Below are positions 39,012 to 58,955 of a DNA stretch of 64,000 bases, piece after piece. A program made the position numbers and the translations under genes. A model generated the notes under the pieces. It had not been told where the DNA came from and made no database searches. It saw only the letters and a list, made by a program, of their open reading frames with translations. This DNA is from Camelus dromedarius. Its lineage: Eukaryota. Numbering within the stretch: the first letter of the stretch is position 1; the number at the start of each line of letters is the position of its first letter. The DNA lies in the NCBI RefSeq assembly GCF_036321535.1, contig NC_087454.1:28396001-28460000 (forward strand), read 5' to 3'.

Positions 39012-40336
39012 CAAGATGATTGTGATTCTCTACAGGGAGGTGTTGCACATTGACAGGGAGAAGTGGGCTGACCCCATCACCAGCTCCAGGGTGGCGACAT
39101 CTATCCTCATCACTTCTCTAAAATAGAAAAGGTTCTCAATCCAAAAAAAACAAGACACTCAAAAAGCCAGATGTTATTTTGTTAGGAATTATACTCACCA
39201 AAGTGGTCTTGCTATTTTATTCTTCATCTCATCAAGATGTGAAGCCATCTGCTAAATCACCTGTTTCAATGAGTGGTCCTGGCTTCCATTCCCAGCACCT
39301 CCATAAAAAGAAAGAAACCTAATTACCGACCCTGCCGCAAGAAAAAAAAAAAAATCAACAAAGTATGAAATGGTCAAAGAGAACCTCTTTTCCACACATT
39401 GGTGGACTTCTCATAGATACACTAAGCTTAATGGTAATGTCGCCACCACTAATTTGTGTTACAACCACCAATTTAGGAACCACTTTTACACTCACTTGAT
39501 GGGACTTTATTAAAGCAGATTAAGTCTTTCATGGTATATTGAGAGGCCAAAAAAGGATCCATTGTGATAAATCTGCTAGCAGAGTCCATGCTGGTGGGCG
39601 GCTTCCCACCCCACCCACAGCGTCCCAGTGTTCAACAGCAGAGAAGAGTTTTTCCTAAGGGCTTAGACTAGAGTTTGGAAATGGGCATACCTCCTCTGAA
39701 CAATGAATTTCTACCTGTTCTGAATTAAAACAAAAACAGCCAGGATGTCTGCCGTTTGTAGTCACTATACATATACATAATTCACAATTTTAAGATTTTA
39801 ATGTGTCCTCAAACAGGAATAGCCTTGGAGTTTGTCAGGTTGCAGCCGTATTTCCAACCTAGAATCTTTTTTGCAAATATACATTTGGGGATGCAGAATT
39901 TAGTCTTTTCGGCCAATTACAAATAATAAGCATTGCATATTAAAAATACCACCAATCCTTGTTTTCAGCTAAGTGAAAGTATAAATTGATATGTATTCTG
40001 TGACCTTCCCTTCCATGGCCCAGGACCTCAGATTTGGGTTATCTAAAATTCACAGGGACTAATCAAGTAAAACAAAAGGCAGTTTTGATATATTTCAGTG
40101 GACAAAGAATGTGGACAATTTAGAGATGAAGGACTGCAATTACTTGGTACATTTTGGTAGTAATTAAAGAAGATTACAACAATTAGATACAATTTTCTAC
40201 CCATTGAAATATCAATGAATAATATCTTCATATAGAGAAGAGTTGAAACAAACATTTGTTTTGGGTGACAGCATCAATTAACAGAAAAATTCCATTTGGA
40301 GAATGATTTCATCATAATCATCCACATGTTCACTCT
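39012..40336 (-). pseudogene. Candidate degraded multi-exon gene of unknown identity
   Basis: Exon-like blocks 40336-40283, 40042-40005, 39904-39859, 39719-39691, 39260-39199, 39117-39012 join in phase; the last three have strong splice sites. In-frame stops are present. No protein family recognised. Confidence 0.3.
39273..39354 (+). mobile_element. 5'-truncated Vic-1-type SINE (long-tail form)
   Basis: ggtcctggcttccattcccagcacctccataaaaagaaagaaacctaattacc... followed by poly(A). Confidence 0.75.
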
Positions 40337-41791
40337 CTTGAAAAATCGTGGGAGCATTTTAAATGTTCAGAGCTTGGGGAATGATTAAACAAGTCGCAGC
40401 ACATCCACTCAGTGTAGCCAAAAAATGGTTTACGCCAAGTAATTTATGACCAAGAGAAGAAAACATGGTTTTGAGAGTTAAAAGTGGAAAAAGAAAGAAA
40501 AAGTTGTCTGAAATTGCATGTGTACTGTGATCTCAACTTTTAAAAAATGCTTCTGGATGAGAAAGAAATCAAATAATTATTAACTTCAGAACAAAAATCT
40601 TGTCTTTGAAATGGAAAGTGCATTTAGAAGCTATTCACAACTTATATGAGTTTTTAAAAATCCAAATTTGCCATCAGCATTCATATTATTTTAAAAAATC
40701 ATATTATAAACTCCCCAGTATAGTGTCTTTCTAAGCCTGTTGCCAAAGACCTGTCTGTGGGGTCAGTGTGAGCACGAGACTCCATTACTTGGACATGGCC
40801 CATTCAAGACTGTCTCTGTGCCAAAAATAGAAAGGTGAGAATGATTATATATCTTTGGGATTCCTCCAGCTCCAGGATTCTATAGGTCGTAAAAGGATGA
40901 GGGGAGGGGAGGTTTCTTTGTTCCAGACTCCATAACTGGCCCTTTCTGAAGCCAGAAGAACAAAGACAGGTGAGGAAGGCTGTTCTTGCTGTCTGGGGCT
41001 TCCCTGGGTGGCAGCATCTTCCTGAATCCACTTCAGTCCAGGGTCTTGTCCCAGGAAGAGACCTTATGCTTTGAGGAGGAAGGGTAGATGTATACTAACC
41101 AAATGAAATGACCAATTTATAAAGCAACAATGAGCAATATAATAGCAAGAGCACCAAGCACTCCCACCCCAACCCTGGACTTCCTACGCTGTGGCCACCT
41201 CCGTGGAAAGCAGTGGGTCTTTAGAAGGGCGCTTGGTTGGAGAGGAGTTGGAACCAGACTCCATCTCAGATGGCTCACAGAAAACCTGAAGCATCACCTC
41301 CACGACAGAAGAGCACTTGACCCCCGGGGAGAGGGATGATCCCTTGGGAACTGCTCCTGGACTTGGAAAACCAGGCCAGCATTTTCCCCAGACACTCCTC
41401 ATTCTTCCCTTCCCTGGCTGGCTAGGCTCTCCTTCAGCTGGACTTTTTTCCACTGTGGACGTTTCAGCCCTGGGCGCTCATCTCTGTGGACTGTGAAGTT
41501 TCTTTCCAGCTTGGGACAGGGGATGGAGCGGGCCATCTCACAGCTCCTTCTTCTCCTGGCCCCTCCCGGGTCCTCCTGCGCATGGGTTAAGTAGATAGGG
41601 GCCTGGGAGGGTCCTTTCCCGCCATAGGATCGTCCAGAGGTCGGATCTTAAGGAAGGCGAGAAGGACTCGTCCAGGATTGCCAAGCAGCGCCCTCCCCGC
41701 GGCCCTGGGCCCAGAGCCCAGCAGGGGCGTGCCCCCGCGCTCACCTGCCATTGGGCAGGTGGGGCCGCCGGCGCTCCGCCAGGGGCCGTGT

Positions 41792-41797
41792 TATAAA
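41792..41797 (+). promoter_or_regulatory. GNMT TATA box in a CpG island
   Basis: TATAAA about 42 nt upstream of the ATG, with GC boxes nearby. Confidence 0.8.
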
Positions 41798-41838
41798 TGC
41801 CGAGCGGGCGGCGGCGGCGGAACAAGGCTCGTCGCAGG

Positions 41839-44442
41839 ATGGTGGACAGCGTGTACCGGACCCGCTCCCTGGGGGTGGCGGCTGAAGGGCTCCCGGACCA
41901 GTATGCGGACGGAGAGGCAGCACGCGTGTGGCAGCTCTACATCGGGGACACTCGCAGCCGCACTGCCGAGTACAAGGCCTGGCTGCTCGGGCTGCTGCGC
42001 CAGCACGGCTGTCAGCGGGTGCTCGACGTGGCCTGCGGCACCGGGTGAGTCGGGGCAGGGGACAGCGGGACCCGGGGTAGCAGGCGGCCGGGGCAGGCCG
42101 GGGGTTAGCGAGGGCCGGGGAAACCGGGGGCTGGCGGTGGATGGTGGGGAGACAAGACCGGCTCGGCCCAGGCTGCCGGATCGCGGGACCACGCAGGCAC
42201 GTCGGGGCAGCCTCCTCTGCCGACCCGGAGCCGGGCCGGGGCGCGACGCCAGGGCCTGAAAAAAGTGCCCAGGCAGAACGGCAGGGCGAGGCTGACGGCA
42301 GGAAGAGCGCGAGGAGACCCAGGGAGGGAGCAAGGGTGTGGGCACAGCGGATTCGCCTGGGGGGCGGCGCAAGGACCAGGCTTTGAGGTCAGATTTTCGC
42401 TCCTCTCATTCCTCGCGTGATGGCCTTGGGCAGCATTAACAGTTAACACTTGTTCAACGTTTGCCCCGCCAAAGCCCTGTGCTGGGTGCTCTTGATTACA
42501 TCAGTTTTTAAAATCCTCACAAAACCCAATTGAGGTAAGTAGTGATACCCGTTTACAGTTGTAAAACTTTGGCCTCGGAGAGGTAAAGGTGGAGAGGAGG
42601 TGCAGACCCAGGCTGGTTAGGGTCTGACCTGTGCTCTAAACCACCGTGCTACATGCCCTCCTGTGCTCAAGTGAATTTCCAGGAGCCTCAGTTTGTCCCC
42701 TTCCCCAAATGGGGATAACACCATCTACCTCCACGTATTGCCATGAGGATTAATGCACATTTCTAGTATGCTTGGCTTGGAATAGATGCTAAAATATAAA
42801 AGTTGCCACTCAGTGATAGATTTACCAGGTCATTTGAGGTCAGTGGAGAGAGCCTGGGAACAGGAAGCAGAGAAATGGACTCTGAAGAGCTGAGGAGATG
42901 GAAGTGTCCAGCACAGGGCCTCCTCCTTGCCTTCCCAGGCCCTTCTGACTGTCCCTCTCGGCCTCTCCCTGCCTCTCCCTGCCTCTCCTTCCGGGTGCTG
43001 CCCAGGGTGGACTCCATCATGCTGGTGGAAGAGGGCTTCAATGTGACAAGCGTGGATGCCAGTGACAAGATGCTGAAGTATGCGCTTAAAGAGCGCTGGA
43101 ACCGGCGGCACGAGCCCTCCTTCGACAAGTGGGGTAAATGTGTCCAGTCAGGCCCCCTCAGCCCAGCCCCCAAGGACACAGTTCTCTCTGCCCTGGGATC
43201 CCTTAGCTCCTGTGGTGGGGTGTTTTGTTCTTCTCAAGGAAGACAGTAAAATTACTGTCATTTCCCTGAAATGGGAGGCTTAGGCACCAGAATGAGGTAT
43301 CTAGTATGAGGAGCTAGTTTTAATTATGTGTAGTGTCTTGTCCCCCTCTCCCCGAGTAAAAACCCATAAGCACAGAACCCTCCTTCCCATGGTAACCATG
43401 GCTTCCTCCTCCTTGGACCCCTGTTCCTCTTCACCCATCTTGTTCATAATGATCCACTCCCCCAGACTGGATGTGTGTGTCTTGAAGGGGAAATTGAGAC
43501 AGGACTGCACTTGGTGGTGGAGGGTACTGCTGGTACCTGATCCCTCTTCACCTTCCCGGCTCCTAGTCATTGAAGAAGCCAACTGGTTGACTCTGGACAA
43601 AGATGTGCCTCAGCCACCAGGGGGTGGCTTTGATGCTGTCATTTGCCTTGGAAACAGTTTTGCCCACTTGCCAGACTGCAAAGGTGAGAGAGGGTGTGGC
43701 CCTGGGCACAGACCCTGCTTTAAACTATATCCTTTCCAGACCCCTGGGGATGAGAAAGATGGGAGGGAGACTGGTGCTGGGGGCTCTGGGCAGACGTAGC
43801 CTCTCTGCCCCTGCCTGGAGTTCAGGGGACCAGAGCGAGCACCGGCTGGCACTGAAGAACATCGCAAGCATGGTGCGATCAGGGGGCGTGCTGGTCATCG
43901 ATCACCGCAACTATGATCACATCCTCAGCACAGGCTGCGCGCCCCCAGGAAAGAACATCTATTATAAGGTGGGGCCCCTGAGGGAGGGAGGGACCAGAGT
44001 GGGAGGTGTGATCCTGGCCCCACGGTAGCTGCAGAAGCTAACGCAGCCTGCTACCACCACCTGCAGAGTGACCTGACCAAGGACATCAGGACATCAGTGC
44101 TGACAGTGAACAACAAGGCCCACATGGTGACCCTGGACTACACGGTGCAGGTGCCAGGGACTGGCCAGGACAGTTCTCCTGGCTTGAGGTACCCACTCGG
44201 TGAAGCAGGGGTTGGGGGGAAGGGTGCTGAGCCCACCAGTCCTCATGGTTGGTCGGGGGCTCTGTTGCAGTAAGTTCCGGCTCTCCTACTACCCTCACTG
44301 TCTGGCATCCTTCACGGAGTTGCTTCAAACAGCCTTCGGGGGCAAGTGTCAGCACAGCATCCTGGGCGACTTCAAGCCTTACAAGCCAGGCCAGGCCTAC
44401 ATTCCCTGCTATTTCATCCACGTGCTCAAGAGGACAGACTGA
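41839..44442 (+). CDS. GNMT: Glycine N-methyltransferase (295 aa)
   Basis: Exons 41839-42044, 43006-43133, 43567-43683, 43826-43968, 44067-44188, 44271-44442 (888 nt). [28 protein letters not shown]; SAM motif VLDVACGTG; [16 protein letters not shown]; ends [10 protein letters not shown]. Confidence 0.99.
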
Positions 44443-44620
44443 GCAAGGCCTCAGCTCCCCAGACCACTGCCCAGGAGCTGCCAGGCTCTGTCTGGAGAGG
44501 AGGGGACCAGTAACCCTACACTAAACCCAGCCCCCAGTGCAAATCCTGGGGTGGGTGAGGGTAAGGGCAGTCTGCAGCTGGGGAGCAGGGATTTGGGTTC
44601 AGACAGATGGAAGGGGGAAC

Positions 44621-44626
44621 AATATA
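44621..44626 (+). terminator. Probable GNMT polyadenylation signal (variant AATATA)
   Basis: Only PAS-like hexamer I found after the stop; followed by a U/GU-rich tract at 44636-44666. Confidence 0.55.
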
Positions 44627-44783
44627 GTCTGTGCCTTTTTCAGACTTTATGTGTTGTGTTTATGTCGTAAGGATCAGGCTTCTGTGGTACCCACCTGCCC
44701 GCCCCTGGGTTTACTCCTCCACAGCCTTGCTCCTCCCTACTCCAACCTTTCAGACCACACCACCAGCAGGGGGCAGCATACAC

Positions 44784-44789
44784 TTTATT
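44784..44789 (-). terminator. PEX6 proximal polyadenylation signal (AATAAA)
   Basis: tttatt on +, about 295 nt downstream of the PEX6 stop. Confidence 0.7.
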
Positions 44790-45082
44790 TTCAGCCACAG
44801 AAGGGGCTCTCTCAGGGCCCCATCCCCAGAGCTCCAGGCCCCACCTCTTCTCCTGAGCAGAGAGCCTTAATCTTGGAACTGGCCTGGAGGGCAGGAGGGG
44901 ATGCCCCTGAGCTCTCCTGGGGCTCCTGATGCCACTTGGCACCCAGGGGATCTCCCAGGGGCAGGCAGCCGTCAGGTGGGTTGATGGCAGCAGCCTGAGA
45001 AACAGCCTTTGCTCTCTCAGGTCTCTGGAGCTACCCAGGTACCTTTTGCAACCGTGGGCAGGGTCCCAGGCCAAGGAGGCTC

Positions 45083-55929
<10,847 letters not shown>

Positions 55930-56826
55930 TTATTGAATGATCAATGAATGGTCAGTGCCCCCTGAACTAAACCTGACCCCCTGCTGGGAGCTGTGGAGTG
56001 TTTAGGAAGGAGTCCACTCTGTGGAACTGTAGGCACTTAGGTTTGGGGGTTGTGAGGAAGATTGCACGAGGGAGTGGTAGGATTATAAAACTGTCTCAGA
56101 CATGCTTATGGATATGTAGTGGTTGCTGGCTGAATAACTATATGTGATTCATGTAGCCCTAAAATGCTTGGTGCTGCCACACCTGTTTCAACACATTCTA
56201 CACAAAACCCACGTTCCAGCGTTTCTTGTCCTGTTTATTGTCCTGTTCAATCTACTCCCACCAAATTTGAAGTGAAGACAAAGCAGCTTTGCATTTTCAT
56301 CTCTCCAAAACTGGCTGCTCTCCCCCCACCAATCCTTGCAGACTGGAGACCCATTCCTGTTTCCATCCTAGAGAGGGGTGGGCAGCAGAGCAGGCAGAAG
56401 AGAAGGGTTCAAGGCTTCAGTTATGAGTACAAAACCAACAGCTTTCTTCCCGTCTGTGCTGTTACTTAGAGTACATCCTTGTCTTCTACTTGGACACTGG
56501 TTGGTCACACTTCCAGTTATTAACAATATACTTGCATTTAGAATCAATGGTTTGATTGGTGGCAGTCTACTCTTTCTGGACCTTGCATTCTCTTCCAACT
56601 ATTGCCCAAATTTCTCCTTTCCTTCATCTTGAGGCAGTCTTCTACTTTATACATTATGTATTCCTGAAAATTTCCTGAAAATTTGAGAGGTGAATATTAT
56701 ATTTTCATGTTATAAGATATTTCTATCCCTAGAGAGACAAGAAAATATTTTTTAAATGTTTGATTATAGTTTCTGGAGGTACCTTTAGTCCTAAACCTGA
56801 AATTGCCCAGTTTCACATCTTTAAAA

Positions 56827-56957
56827 AAAATTAATTTATTAAAATTTTTTCTTTTTCTCTTTCTTTTTTTTTAATGGAGGTACTGGGGTTGAACCCAGGA
56901 CCTTGTGTATACTAAGCATGTGCTATACCACTGAGCTATACGCCACCCCACTCCCCA
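56827..56957 (-). mobile_element. Vic-1-type SINE (short-tail form)
   Basis: tRNA-like head at 56876-56950; TSD ccagtt(t/c)ca(c/t)atctttaaaa on both sides. Confidence 0.88.
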
Positions 56958-57339
56958 ACCAGTTCCATATCTTTAAAACAGCATGCAAGAACATACCTGA
57001 ATTCACAAGGATGGAAGTTCCCGTTTGGTAGTTCTAAACTCTGTGGCTCAGTTCCCTGCCTCTCAGAGGGAACAAGGACCTGGAGGATGATGGGGTGGGT
57101 CCAAAGAGGATATGACTGCTTTACACAGTAGCAGGCAAGATCCAGGCCTCAGGCCTATAGTGCTCCTTGAGGCCTTGGGAATGGGTAAATACATCTGGTA
57201 TCCTGCTTAGGTCAGCACCCATACAGACAGACACAAATATTTGTCCACAAATAAACATCCTTTCCTCCCAGGCTCTTCCCCCAGCAAATAATGGTTGGCA
57301 TGCTGTCCACTCTGCATTACCTTGAAATCGTCATTAGTT

Positions 57340-57481
57340 TTTTTCTTTTTTTTAATATTTTGGGGGGTAGGTAATTAGGTTTATTTATTTACTTATTTAT
57401 TTTAATAGAGGTACTGGGGATTGAACCTAGGACCTTGTGCACACTAAGCTTCTCTCTACCACTGAGTTATACCCTGCCCCT
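57340..57481 (-). mobile_element. Vic-1-type SINE (long-tail form)
   Basis: TSD tcattagtt at 57331-57339 and 57483-57491. Confidence 0.9.
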
Positions 57482-57559
57482 ATCATTAGTTATTGAAAGC
57501 CAAATATTACTTCTGTAAGATAACCAGGAGCCTTGATTTGTTGCCTTTACTTCCATGCC

Positions 57560-58190
57560 TCTTGCTTACTCTTCAACCCACTATAACTTTCCTTCCACTC
57601 TTCTGAAACTTTCCTGCAAAGATTCCCCTGTAACCTCTTAACTGCAGAATATAGGTGATACTGTTTGATCTTGATCTTACTCAGCCTTTCTCTGGCATTA
57701 ACCTGACACTATTGACCAATCCTTTTATACTTCCTTTGCCATCATGACACCAATTTTCCTCCTACATCTCTGACGGCTTTCAGAAGTCATCCTCGACCCC
57801 TCCCTTTCCCTTACCATCCTTCCCACAATCCGATGAATCACCAAATCCTGTTGATTCTACACATTTCCCAATTTTGTCCTTTCTTCTCCATGCCTATGGC
57901 CACTGCTTTATAACATTGCTCTCCTTTGCGAGGACTACAGGCAGATTCTTGTGCCTTCTGCAGTTTCTTCAAGTCAATCGGCTACTGGAGTTGACTTTCT
58001 GAAACATACTCCAGCCACCTCGAGGTTTGTGTAATTTAATACATTGTATCTTAATCATCTGCTTATACACCACTGTGAACTTCACCAGACTGTGAACTCC
58101 TTGAGGGCAGGAACTGATCTTATCCATAGGACACTGGCTTGGGCTGGGTGGAGAGTAAGGGATGCATTTCGTCAGACACTCAATAATGAG
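57560..58190 (+). mobile_element. L2 LINE fragment
   Basis: Pyrimidine-rich L2-like body ending gactgtgaactccttgagggcaggaactg...cactcaata. Confidence 0.55.
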
Positions 58191-58479
58191 GTAGCATTTC
58201 CATTGCATTCGCAAGTGCTCAGGTCTAGCTGGTTCCCTAGCCCCAGTGCAGTAGGACAGGGGATCCTCTGTCCAAAGTTGCAACAAACTCGGGATTCTCA
58301 TCTCATTTCACCCCAGCCCCGATCTGCCAGGCTTCCCCTTTGAAACTCCTCCAGCCTTTCCTAGGAAACAGATGCCCTCGAGGACTTATGGGAACTCTCT
58401 CCACCAATTTTGCGTAGGCAATTAGTGCTACGTTACCCTGATGACAAAAGGTACCCTTCATTTTAGGGCTTCTTTCCTT

Positions 58480-58807
58480 CAGTTCGGACTGGGCGGAGTA
58501 GCAGTGGGGAAAGGGAAAGGGCTGCGAAGAATGGCCGAAGCCGACGCACAGCAGACGCCTAAGTGCGGCACTTGGTGCTAAACCCGGGTTTCCCCTGACC
58601 CCCGCCTCCCACGCTAAGCTCGACCCCCTTTAGGGCGGGACCTTCCACTTCAGCCAATTCTGGGAGCCGAACCCTGGCGGTTTGTACTCTTCCTTTCCAA
58701 TGAGAAAAAAAGGAAGCCGCTTGGCTCCAGCGACCAATCGGAGAAGGCGGCTCCTGGTTGTCAGGCAGGTTTGTAAGAGTTCCGGCCAATTGGAGGCGCA
58801 GATACCG
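58480..58807 (+). promoter_or_regulatory. PPP2R5D CpG-island promoter with four CCAAT boxes
   Basis: CCAAT at 58654, 58697, 58734 and 58786; GC box at ~58633. Confidence 0.7.
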
Positions 58808-58955
58808 NNNNNNNNNNNNNNNNNNNNNNNNNNNNNNNNNNNNNNNNNNNNNNNNNNNNNNNNNNNNNNNNNNNNNNNNNNNNNNNNNNNNNNNNNNNNN
58901 NNNNNNNNNNNNNNNNNNNNNNNNNNNNNNNNNNNNNNNNNNNNNNNNNNNNNNN
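58808..58955. other. Assembly gap (148 N), inferred to contain PPP2R5D exon 1
   Basis: Sequence resumes as tgagcgtggcc, which fits a (g)tgagc splice donor. No MPYKLKKEK-type coding sequence is visible elsewhere. Confidence 0.85.

Noticed and set aside
40642-40750. Possible further upstream exon of the cryptic minus-strand gene (cag|...|gttgtg, phase-compatible if the next exon starts near 40409)
   Set aside because: Four stops in 35 codons is about what random AT-rich DNA gives, and the donor is weak. A possible last exon from 38950 was also left out because it needs a 61-nt intron.
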